This document shows positions 54,157 to 62,925 of a stretch of DNA of 64,000 nucleotides, one piece after another. The notes under the pieces are model-generated. The model was not told where the DNA came from. It did no database searches and saw nothing but the letters and a program-made list of their open reading frames with translations. Each line of letters starts with the position of its first letter. The stretch's first letter is position 1. A program made the position numbers and the translations under genes. The DNA is from Rhodospirillaceae bacterium (GTDB lineage Bacteria; Pseudomonadota; Alphaproteobacteria; UBA6615). The stretch covers positions 3,133-67,132 of the forward strand of contig PASR01000002.1 in assembly GCA_002713365.1 (NCBI GenBank), in the 5' to 3' direction.

Positions 54157-55170
54157 ATGATTGACTGGTTTTTTGATGATTATATTCAAAAACTTATTAT
54201 ATCATTTACTAACCCTCAGAAGAGAGTTTCTATAGGATATATAGGTACTGCTATTTTAATTGCACTTTTTTGGAGTGTTTGCTTGCAAGGAGCTAAATGG
54301 CGATGTGGGATTTCAAATACGATACGAAAACTATTTAGCAGAAATATTTTACTGTCATTATCAGCAAAAGCTGATTACCAAATAATGTTAATTAATCATG
54401 GCTTTTTATTGCTAGCTGCACCATTTTTAATTAGCAAAGTCGCATTTACAACTTATCTTTTCTTTTTACTGCATGAATTGTTTCCGTCTGGGTCTGCCTT
54501 CCTATCGCCGCTTCCAATTTTAATTGTTTCTATACTATACACAATATTTTTGTTTTTATTGGATGATTTTTCTAAATACTTTACTCATAGTATGATGCAC
54601 CGTATTCCCTGTTTATGGTCTTTTCATAAAGTTCATCATTCAGCTGAAGTATTGACCCCGATTACGGTATATCGAACCCATCCTTTGGAAGCGATTATTT
54701 TTTCATTTAGAGGAATTTTTGTTCAGGCTACATCAATATCGCTATTTGTTTATTTATGTGGCGATAAAATTGATTTAATATCAATTTATGGGGTTAATAT
54801 TTTTCTTTTTTTATTCAATATTACTGGTGCCAATCTTCGTCATTCGCATGTACAAATCAGTTATGGGAAGATCTTAGAAAAATTAATAATATCACCAGCT
54901 CAGCATCAGATACATCATTCAATTAATTCCTCGCATCATGGAAGAAACTTTGGGGCTGCTCTAGCTATCTGGGATCTAATGTTTGGTACTTTGTTTTTGT
55001 CTGAAAAAAACATGAATTTAGTTTTTGGCTTAAATAAGAAATTAAATCCTGAGACTCATAGATTACTAAATATTTATATACTGCCTTTTAAGGAATCGAT
55101 GCTTAGTTTTGCAGGTTTACGATTAGGTAGCCAACTATCAAAGAAGAAAGATATTAGAAATGCGGTTTAG
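54157..55170 (+). CDS. Fatty acid hydroxylase / sterol desaturase superfamily membrane di-iron enzyme
   Basis: 337 aa with several hydrophobic helices and the three His boxes HSMMH, HKVHH and HQIHH. It overlaps the fbpA start by 11 nt. Confidence 0.75.
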   Translation: MIDWFFDDYIQKLIISFTNPQKRVSIGYIGTAILIALFWSVCLQGAKWRCGISNTIRKLFSRNILLSLSAKADYQIMLINHGFLLLAAPFLISKVAFTTYLFFLLHELFPSGSAFLSPLPILIVSILYTIFLFLLDDFSKYFTHSMMHRIPCLWSFHKVHHSAEVLTPITVYRTHPLEAIIFSFRGIFVQATSISLFVYLCGDKIDLISIYGVNIFLFLFNITGANLRHSHVQISYGKILEKLIISPAQHQIHHSINSSHHGRNFGAALAIWDLMFGTLFLSEKNMNLVFGLNKKLNPETHRLLNIYILPFKESMLSFAGLRLGSQLSKKKDIRNAV

Positions 55171-56197
55171 TATATATCAATTTATTAGAAGTGGTCTAAC
55201 TGCTGTAATTGTAATGATCGGACTACAATTTAATACCGAAATCTCTAATGCCACAGAACTTAATGTTTATTCTCATAGGCAACCATTTCTGATAAATCCA
55301 TTTTTAAAAGAATTCGAGAAGCAAACGGGCACTAAAATAAATGTCGTTTTTGCCTCTAAAGGACTGGTTCAGCGTCTTCTGGCTGAAGGATCACGAAGTC
55401 CGGCTGATGTAGTTTTAACCGTGGATATTGGAAGACTTTATGCTTATGCCGACAAAAACTTATTTGCTCAAGTTCTATCAGAAAAATTAAGTAAAAATAT
55501 TCCAGCACATTTGCGTGATAAGAATAATCGTTGGTTTGGCTTGTCAAAACGTGCAAGAATTATTGCAATATCTAAAGACCGAGTTGGTGTTAATGAAATT
55601 AAACGTATAGAGGACTTAGCTGAATCAAAATGGAAGGGGCGGATTTGTAGCCGGCCAGGTAGTCATGTTTACAATCGTGCTTTGCTAGCCTCAATGATTG
55701 CTGCGCATGGTGAAGAAAAAGCAGAAATATGGGCGCGTAAATTAGTATCTAATTTTGCTCGTAGACCTCAAGGCAACGATCGGGCGCAAGTAAAAGCTAT
55801 CTATGAAGGAGTATGCGATATTGCCATAATAAATAGTTATTATTTTGGCAAGTTAAAAAATTCTAAGGTGCCAGTACAACGTGATTGGGCTAATTCTATT
55901 CAGATTGTTTTTACAAATAAAAATGATCGTGGTAATCATATAAATATCTCTGGTGGAGGGGTCGCCATTCATTCGAAAAACAAAGAAATGGCGGTACAGT
56001 TACTTGAGTTTCTAACTGAAAGTACTGCCCAAGATCTATATGGAAAAATTAACTATGAATTTCCTGTTAATTCATCTGTTTTACCCTCTGAAGAGGTTAG
56101 GTCATGGGGAACATTTAAAGAAGATAATTTACCGATTTCTTCAATCGCGGCGTTGACACCTAGCGCTCAGCGAATTATCGATCGGGTAGGATGGTAA
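55160..56197 (+). CDS. fbpA: Fe(III) ABC transporter substrate-binding protein
   Basis: 345 aa with a signal peptide. ELNVYSHRQ...VVLTVDIGRL...NRWFGLSKRARII...CSRPGSHVYN resembles FbpA/AfuA ferric-binding proteins. Confidence 0.85.
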   Translation: MRFSIYQFIRSGLTAVIVMIGLQFNTEISNATELNVYSHRQPFLINPFLKEFEKQTGTKINVVFASKGLVQRLLAEGSRSPADVVLTVDIGRLYAYADKNLFAQVLSEKLSKNIPAHLRDKNNRWFGLSKRARIIAISKDRVGVNEIKRIEDLAESKWKGRICSRPGSHVYNRALLASMIAAHGEEKAEIWARKLVSNFARRPQGNDRAQVKAIYEGVCDIAIINSYYFGKLKNSKVPVQRDWANSIQIVFTNKNDRGNHINISGGGVAIHSKNKEMAVQLLEFLTESTAQDLYGKINYEFPVNSSVLPSEEVRSWGTFKEDNLPISSIAALTPSAQRIIDRVGW

Positions 56198-57840
56198 GAA
56201 ACAGTTGTCTGAAAAAATTATTTAGATCTAGTAAACAAATTAGCTTTTGGTCGCTGGTCACCTTATTATGTGGCTTGTTGCTTATAGGTCCTTTTGTTTC
56301 TATGTTTTATCTTGCTACAGGTAATAGTGAAGGCTTGTGGATTCATCTAATACAAACTGTTTTCCCACGCTATGTTATAAACACATTATTACTCATGGGC
56401 GGAGTTGGTATACTTAGTCTATTATTTGGATTGAGCACGGCTTGGGTTATTGCACGTTTACATTTCTATGGTGATAGGTTCTTTGAGTGGGTACTACTTC
56501 TTCCTGCAACGGTTCCCTCTTACTTAATAGCTTATACATATACAGATTTGCTCGAGTATGCTGGGCCAATACAGGGGTTCCTTAGAAAAATATTTGGATG
56601 GAATTCAGCGGCTGATTATTGGTTCCCGGAAATTAGGTCAATGGGAGGAGCAATTATTGTTATGGCTGCCGTTTTATATCCTTATATTTATTTAATGGCA
56701 CGAACTGCATTTCGTCTAACCCCAGTTTCTTACTATGAGGTTTCGCGTGTGCATAACCGTAATTTTTCTTTTGCCGTAGATCTTCCTTTAGCTCGGCCAG
56801 CTATTTTTGCTGGTCTAGCTTTAGTTCTAATGGAAGTGGTTTCAGATTTTGGAACAGTGGAGTTCTTTGCTGTGGAAACCCTTACGCTGGGGATATTTAA
56901 TGTCTGGTTAGGGATGAATAACCTCACTGCAGCTGTGCAAATAGCGGGCATAGCATTCATATTTATACTTGGACTTCTATATATTGAAAGAAAGGCAAGA
57001 TCTAGACAAAGGTTTACCGATACAACTCAGAGGAATAATAGCATTGCTAAAAAGCATGTAGATGGCTGGACTTGCATATTACCTATACTAATTTGCTGTT
57101 TGCCAGTGATATTAGGCTTTATTATACCTGTAACAATTCTTATAAATTTTGTTCTTAAAGGCTTGTCTGTTGCAGAAATTAACCTTCTTACTTCTAGCGC
57201 TATTAATTCATTATTATTAGCTCTTTCAGCCGCAGTTTGTATAATGGTTTTATCTACAATTATGGTGATAGTTGTAACTTACAAGAAACATCCTTTCTTA
57301 AAACTTTTGAGTGCAATATCTGCAACTGGCTATGCTTTTCCAGGAGTTGTATTAGCGATAGGAGTGGTTTCTTTTTCCGGAAGTATAGATGCAATTACAC
57401 AATGGATTGCTTTTAACTTTTTTGGGATAGACTTTTCAGGTATATTATTGGGGAGTATTGTTTTGTTAATATTCGCCTACATAGTTAGGTTCCAGGCTAT
57501 TGGCTATGGGGCAATAACCTCTGGCGTTAACCGTTTATCTCCTAATGTAATGAATGCAAGTTTTCTTTTGGGAAGAGGTTTCTCTAATAGCTTAGTATTT
57601 CTCGTTCCAAATTTATTACGAAAATCGATATTGGCTGGGGGGCTGTTGGTATTTGTTGATGTAATGAAAGAGTTACCTATGACTCTGCTTTTGCGACCTT
57701 TCAATTTTGAAACGCTTTCTACATATGTTTATCAGTTTGCCAATAACGAGTTATTAGAAGAAGCTGCTCTAGCAGCTCTCATAATTATTATCGCTGGTTT
57801 AGGTCCGGTCATATTAATGAATTCTTCTCAAGGGCGATAA
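56191..57840 (+). CDS. fbpB: Fe(III) ABC transporter permease (duplicated BPD-type domains)
   Basis: 549 aa with two tandem permease modules of about 6 helices each, as in FbpB/AfuB. It overlaps the fbpA stop. Confidence 0.85.
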   Translation: MVRNSCLKKLFRSSKQISFWSLVTLLCGLLLIGPFVSMFYLATGNSEGLWIHLIQTVFPRYVINTLLLMGGVGILSLLFGLSTAWVIARLHFYGDRFFEWVLLLPATVPSYLIAYTYTDLLEYAGPIQGFLRKIFGWNSAADYWFPEIRSMGGAIIVMAAVLYPYIYLMARTAFRLTPVSYYEVSRVHNRNFSFAVDLPLARPAIFAGLALVLMEVVSDFGTVEFFAVETLTLGIFNVWLGMNNLTAAVQIAGIAFIFILGLLYIERKARSRQRFTDTTQRNNSIAKKHVDGWTCILPILICCLPVILGFIIPVTILINFVLKGLSVAEINLLTSSAINSLLLALSAAVCIMVLSTIMVIVVTYKKHPFLKLLSAISATGYAFPGVVLAIGVVSFSGSIDAITQWIAFNFFGIDFSGILLGSIVLLIFAYIVRFQAIGYGAITSGVNRLSPNVMNASFLLGRGFSNSLVFLVPNLLRKSILAGGLLVFVDVMKELPMTLLLRPFNFETLSTYVYQFANNELLEEAALAALIIIIAGLGPVILMNSSQGR

Positions 57841-57957
57841 GGTTGGCGAGTATTCGTTTCTTTACTGTAAAAAGTTAAAGCTATAGCTTAGCCATGAGTT
57901 GATTTTGGTTAATAAAATTACTCATTGTGATCATAATATTATCTGTGGAGAAATTAT

Positions 57958-58350
57958 ATGTATGAGGCCAGAGCTGATGTTGCAAAAATTGAGGAGCTCG
58001 AAAATAAACGATACGACGCGATGTTAAATGCAGATATTCATGTGCTTAATGATTTGCTGCATGAGAACTTAATATATTCACACTCAACTGGAGGTTTAGA
58101 TACCAAAGAAATTTATCTTAATGCTCTGCGAGATAAAGTGTCTATATATAAGTCAGTAAAACGTGATGACCAGACTGTTAGAATTACAGGAGATATAGGT
58201 CTAGTTTTTAATCATGTCCAAATACATGCAGAGCATAAGGGCAGTGAGTTGCGTCTTGATAATAGGCTACTAGCAGTATGGACACGCGATAAGGGTATTT
58301 GGCGGCTTTTAGCTATTCAATCTGGCGCAATTCCAAAACAGATAGACTAG
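57958..58350 (+). CDS. SnoaL/DUF4440-like NTF2-fold protein
   Basis: 130 aa. LENKRYDAMLNADIHVLNDLLHENLIYSHSTG...AVWTRDKGIWRLLAIQS is typical of the DUF4440/SnoaL-like fold. Confidence 0.6.
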   Translation: MYEARADVAKIEELENKRYDAMLNADIHVLNDLLHENLIYSHSTGGLDTKEIYLNALRDKVSIYKSVKRDDQTVRITGDIGLVFNHVQIHAEHKGSELRLDNRLLAVWTRDKGIWRLLAIQSGAIPKQID

Positions 58351-58440
58351 TATTATAAATACTTTAGATTATTAATTATAGTAAAATTTTTTTAAATATT
58401 ATAGAATTACATCGAATCAAGAATTTTAAAAGGGATTGTT

Positions 58441-58911
58441 ATGTCTAATAAACTTGGAATAGGTGATAAATTTCCTAGTATGACGATTAATTTAGTTAAT
58501 GGTGGTACTATAAATTTACCAGAAAGCTTAGATTCTAAGTATGGGGTTATCCTATTTTACCGAGGGCATTGGTGACCATATTGTCGCCGTCAGTTAGGCG
58601 GTTTTGCAGAAAATAAGAAACAGCTAGATGAAGCTGGTGTTAAGGTTTTTGCCGCAAGTATAGATAATTTTGATAATGCTAAAGAAGTAGCTAATGATTT
58701 AAATTTTCCGGTTGGTTATGAAGTTTCTCGAGATATTGCCGATCAGATAGGGGCCTGGTGGGAAGAGCGCAGGCAGATTATACAACCCTCAGAATTTATT
58801 ATAGGACAAGATAACAATATTATAGTGTCAAGCTATAGCGATGGCCCTCTTGGTCGGATGGATGCAACTGACGTAATTAAATTGGCAAATTTCTTTACAT
58901 CTCGTGAGTAG
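58441..58911 (+). CDS. Peroxiredoxin/redoxin-like (AhpC-TSA fold) selenoprotein candidate; UGA at 58573-58575 in a U-x-x-C redox motif
   Basis: Absent from the ORF track because it is split by TGA. ATG at 58441, with SD AAAGGGA 7 nt upstream. The translation reads MSNKLGIGDKFPSMTINLVNGGTINLPESLDSKYGVILFYRGHW-[TGA]-PYCRRQLGGFAENKKQLDEAGVKVFAASIDNFDNAKEVANDLNFPVGYEVSRD... The frame stays open for 111 codons after the TGA, to TAG at 58909-58911. The TGA sits exactly where homologues have the first Cys of FYRG-WCP-C. Confidence 0.65.
58583..58602 (+). promoter_or_regulatory. SECIS-like hairpin downstream of the in-frame UGA
   Basis: GUCGCC (58583-58588) pairs with GGCGGU (58597-58602): four G-C pairs plus two G-U pairs. 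The 8-nt loop GUCAGUUA begins with G 16 nt from the U of UGA. This is within the spacing I recall for bacterial SECIS elements. Confidence 0.4.
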
Positions 58912-58934
58912 AAACACAAAATATTATCTTAAAA

Positions 58935-61301
58935 TTAAGATCTGCAATTATGCGGATCTTTTTTTATATCTGTAGTATTTTGCATCGCTTTCCAAATACG
59001 TTCAGAGGTTGCAGGCATATCAATGTGACGAATACCAAGCGGTCTTAGCGCATCACATATGGCATTCATAACAGCTGGTAGAGCTCCTACGGTGCCAGCT
59101 TCACCAGCACCTTTGAATCCAAATGGATTATTTTTAGAAGGTACTTCATGTCCGATAATATTGAATGATGGAAAGTTGTCTGCCCTAGGCATAGTGTAGT
59201 CCATGAAGGAACCTGAAAGAAGTTGTCCAGTTTTATCATCATAAACAATTTCTTCCATTAATGCTTGGCCGGCACCTTGCGATATACCGCCATGTATTTG
59301 CCCTTTAACCAGCATTGGGTTTAACATTAAACCAACATCATCAACTACAACATAACTTACGATTTCGGGTGTACCAGTTTCACAGTCAATTTCAACTTCA
59401 CAGACATGGCAGCCATTTGGGTACGTTGGTCCAGGCGGTAGAACTATAGAATTTTCAGCAAGACCAATTTCCATGTCTTTTGGAAGTTTTGCTGGTAAAT
59501 AAGCTGCCTTAGCAATATCTACGATGCTTATAGATCGATCTGTTCCTTCAACAATAAATTTTCCTTCTACAAAGTTTATATCAGCTTCTGCGGTTTCCAT
59601 TAAATGTGCAGCAATACTTTTGGCTTTAGTAATGATTTTATCGGCAGCATGTTTTAAAGCAGCACCTCCAACACTAATCGAACGAGAACCGAATGTGCCC
59701 TTACCGTGATGTGCTATATCCGTATCACCATAAAGTATATTTATCTGATTGAAATCTAAACCAAGAAGTTCGGATGCGATTTGACGGAAAGCGGTCTCAT
59801 GCCCTTGTCCATGAGAATGTGTACCCATTACCACAGAGGCACCCCCATCACTTTCAAAACGAATAGAAGCACTTTCTTCATTTGGAATAGGCAAAGGTCC
59901 TCCAGCTATCTCTATTACGCTAGCAATTCCTAATCCGCGTAATTTTCCATTTTCTTTTGAAATCATTACTCTTTTTTGGTAGCCATCTTTATCTATAGCT
60001 TTTATTGCTTTATCCATCACAACCTCAAAATCACCAGAATCGTAGGTGAAAACAAAACCCGTGTCATACGGAAATGATTTTGCTGAGATTAAGTTGCGTC
60101 GTCTTAGTTCTATTGGATCGAAACCTAGATCATGGGCTGCTGTTTCAATTAATCTTTCTACTGCGTAGGACGCTTCTGGCCTTCCTGCTCCTCTATAAGC
60201 CGTCGTTGGACTGGTATGTGTGTATAAGCCTCTTACTTCAGCAAAAATGTGAGGCGTAGTATAAACACCTGATAGGCCGCCTAAATTATTTGTAGGAGAA
60301 TGAGGTCCAGCAAAGCTCAGATATCCCCCAAGATTCGCTTTTGTGCTAACTCTCAGACCTAGAAAATTACCTTCATTATCTAAAGCAAGACCTGCTTTAG
60401 TAACATTATCTCTTGCATGGTAATCGGTTGCCAAGGATTCTGAACGCGTTGCTACCCAACGGACGGGTCTTCTAATTTTACGGGATGCCCAAAGAACGAG
60501 TGCGTGCTCAGCAAATGGAGCTCCACGCATTCCAAACCCACCTCCCATGTCTGGTGATATAATTCTCAATCGTGATTCAGGAATGCATAAGACGTTATTA
60601 GCTAATTCTGAACGAACACGGTGAGGTGATTGCATACCGGCATATAGGGTATATCGTTGGTTGCTAGTGTTATAAAAACCGATAGCACCCCGTGGTTCCA
60701 TTGTATTTGCAGAGACTCGGCTTATTACAAAATCAAGTTCGACTATATGCGGTGCATTCTTAAATACATCATCTACTTTGTTTTTATCTCCAATAGTAAA
60801 ATAGAAACTTTCATTATTACGTACTTCATCCCAAACTTGAGCTACCCCGTCTTCTAATGCAGTGCCAGTATCAGTTGCGACTGGCAAAATATCGTAGTCA
60901 ACCTCAATTATTTCTGAAGCATCAATTGCTTGTTCTAGTTTTTCTGCGAGGATAATAGCTATTGGGGCTCCAACCATATTCACTACTGAATTGGCTAGTA
61001 TAGGGTAAGGGGGTTCAAGCATAGGTTGGCCATTTTCTTGTTTGCGTTTTACACTGCAAGAAAAATTACCTAAACCATCCGTTTCTACATCTGCACCTGT
61101 TAAAATTGATAATACGCCGTCCATATTTTCAGCTAAAGTGGTGTCAATTGATTTTATTTTTGCAGCTGCATGCGGTGATCTTAATACGGACATAAAAACT
61201 ACATTCGGCACTTGGTGGTCGTCAGTATAATTACCAAGTCCTGTCAGTAGTCTGCGGTCTTCAACTCTAGGTACTGATTGCCCTATACCATATTCACGCA
61301 T
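58935..61301 (-). CDS. Xanthine dehydrogenase/CO dehydrogenase-family molybdopterin-binding large subunit (CoxL form II-like)
   Basis: 788 aa. N-terminal GQSVPRVEDRRLLTGLGNYTDD, the AYRGAGRPEA motif (form II-type, not AYxCSFR), and GGGFG and GAGE motifs. Confidence 0.85.
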   Translation of the reverse strand: MREYGIGQSVPRVEDRRLLTGLGNYTDDHQVPNVVFMSVLRSPHAAAKIKSIDTTLAENMDGVLSILTGADVETDGLGNFSCSVKRKQENGQPMLEPPYPILANSVVNMVGAPIAIILAEKLEQAIDASEIIEVDYDILPVATDTGTALEDGVAQVWDEVRNNESFYFTIGDKNKVDDVFKNAPHIVELDFVISRVSANTMEPRGAIGFYNTSNQRYTLYAGMQSPHRVRSELANNVLCIPESRLRIISPDMGGGFGMRGAPFAEHALVLWASRKIRRPVRWVATRSESLATDYHARDNVTKAGLALDNEGNFLGLRVSTKANLGGYLSFAGPHSPTNNLGGLSGVYTTPHIFAEVRGLYTHTSPTTAYRGAGRPEASYAVERLIETAAHDLGFDPIELRRRNLISAKSFPYDTGFVFTYDSGDFEVVMDKAIKAIDKDGYQKRVMISKENGKLRGLGIASVIEIAGGPLPIPNEESASIRFESDGGASVVMGTHSHGQGHETAFRQIASELLGLDFNQINILYGDTDIAHHGKGTFGSRSISVGGAALKHAADKIITKAKSIAAHLMETAEADINFVEGKFIVEGTDRSISIVDIAKAAYLPAKLPKDMEIGLAENSIVLPPGPTYPNGCHVCEVEIDCETGTPEIVSYVVVDDVGLMLNPMLVKGQIHGGISQGAGQALMEEIVYDDKTGQLLSGSFMDYTMPRADNFPSFNIIGHEVPSKNNPFGFKGAGEAGTVGALPAVMNAICDALRPLGIRHIDMPATSERIWKAMQNTTDIKKDPHNCRS

Positions 61302-61492
61302 AAACTATCTCCGTATTAAATTTTATCTACATCCTAATTAATAGATAAATTAGTAACATTTATATTTTAAATTAAAGCATAAAGTTGTTGCGTTATCATT
61401 TAGGAAGCTAATTGGCTATATTTAATATAGTTTTTTTATCAGAAATTTATTTATCTTTGTTAGAATAGGACAAAAGTGTTAAATGGGGTTGC

Positions 61493-62917
61493 ATGAGAAG
61501 AAATAGGAACGTGAAGGTACTGGCCACTCTTGGCCCTACTAGTTCTAACGATAAAACTATTCGAAAACTCTTTGAGGCTGGTGCTGATGTTTTTAGGCTG
61601 AATATGAGCCATGGGACACATGAGGAAGTAGAAGCCATCCATAAAGCAATTCGTAGTGTAGAGCTTGATTTAGGAAGACCTGTAGGCATTTTAGCTGACT
61701 TGCAGGGACCGAAGCTTAGAATTGGGGTTATGGAACAAGATGTTGTAATTGAAGAGGGTAATAATTTTCAACTAGTTCTAAGCAATATTATGGGTGATGT
61801 TAATCGAGCGACTCTGCCCCATAAGGAGGTGTTTGAGGCATTAAAGCCAGATATGCTATTACTACTTGACGATGGTAAAATTCGTTTAAAAGTAGTTTCC
61901 ACAAAGACAGATATTATCGATACACTTGTATTAGTAGGAGGGGTACTTTCCTCAAATAAAGGCGTTAGTGTTCCCGACGCTATTCTTCCACTCAGTTCAT
62001 TAACAAAAAAAGATAAAAAAGATCTAGAATTCTGTTTAGGTTTGGGCGTGGATTGGGTAGCTCTTTCATTTGTGCAACGAGCAGCTGATATAATAGAGAC
62101 AAAGAAAATTATTGGGGGCCGTGCATGGGTTATGGCTAAGCTGGAAAAGCCCCGAGCTATGGAGCATCTTGATGAGATTATATCTGTAAGTGATGGTATT
62201 ATGGTTGCGCGTGGTGATTTGGGCGTAGAATTACCTATAGAACAAGTTCCAGGATTGCAGAAATCAATCACTAGAGCTGCTCGTAGAGCAGGGAAACCAG
62301 TGGTTATAGCCACTCAAATGCTTGAATCAATGATTAAGGCAGCAAGTCCGACCAGGGCTGAGATTTCTGATGTGGCTACTGCTGTCTTTGAAGGAGCTGA
62401 TGCTGTCATGCTTTCTGCTGAATCGGCTATTGGTAATTATCCTATTGCAGCAGTTAGTATGATGGATCGGGTAGCAAAATCTGTGGAATCTGATCCACAA
62501 TATCGCTCTATTATAGAACGAGATGAAACTAGACCTGAAACAACTAGCGCTGATGCTATAACTCTTGCCGCACGACAAGTTGCAGAAACTATAGATGCTG
62601 CAGCAATCATCTGCTATACTAACTCAGGGTCAACTGGTTTAAGAGCTTCCCGCGAAAGACCTAATGTGCCGATCATGGTACTTACTCCAAGTCAGGATAC
62701 TGCTAGAAGAATGGCATTAGCGTGGGGTGTTCATTGTGTGGTTACTGATGATGTGCATAGCTTTCAAGAAATGGTAGAACACGCAACTGTCATAGCCATT
62801 AATGAGTGCTTTGCTGTCTTAAATAATCAAGTAATTATTACAGCAGGCGTTCCATTCGGTTCACCTGGAAATACTAACGTTCTCCGCATTGCAACTATTG
62901 GTAGTACGTACCAATAA
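61493..62917 (+). CDS. pyk: Pyruvate kinase
   Basis: 474 aa. VKVLATLGPTS, FRLNMSHG, DLQGPKLR, MVARGDLGVE and ATQMLESM are canonical pyruvate kinase motifs. Confidence 0.95.
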   Translation: MRRNRNVKVLATLGPTSSNDKTIRKLFEAGADVFRLNMSHGTHEEVEAIHKAIRSVELDLGRPVGILADLQGPKLRIGVMEQDVVIEEGNNFQLVLSNIMGDVNRATLPHKEVFEALKPDMLLLLDDGKIRLKVVSTKTDIIDTLVLVGGVLSSNKGVSVPDAILPLSSLTKKDKKDLEFCLGLGVDWVALSFVQRAADIIETKKIIGGRAWVMAKLEKPRAMEHLDEIISVSDGIMVARGDLGVELPIEQVPGLQKSITRAARRAGKPVVIATQMLESMIKAASPTRAEISDVATAVFEGADAVMLSAESAIGNYPIAAVSMMDRVAKSVESDPQYRSIIERDETRPETTSADAITLAARQVAETIDAAAIICYTNSGSTGLRASRERPNVPIMVLTPSQDTARRMALAWGVHCVVTDDVHSFQEMVEHATVIAINECFAVLNNQVIITAGVPFGSPGNTNVLRIATIGSTYQ

Positions 62918-62925
62918 ACCTATAT

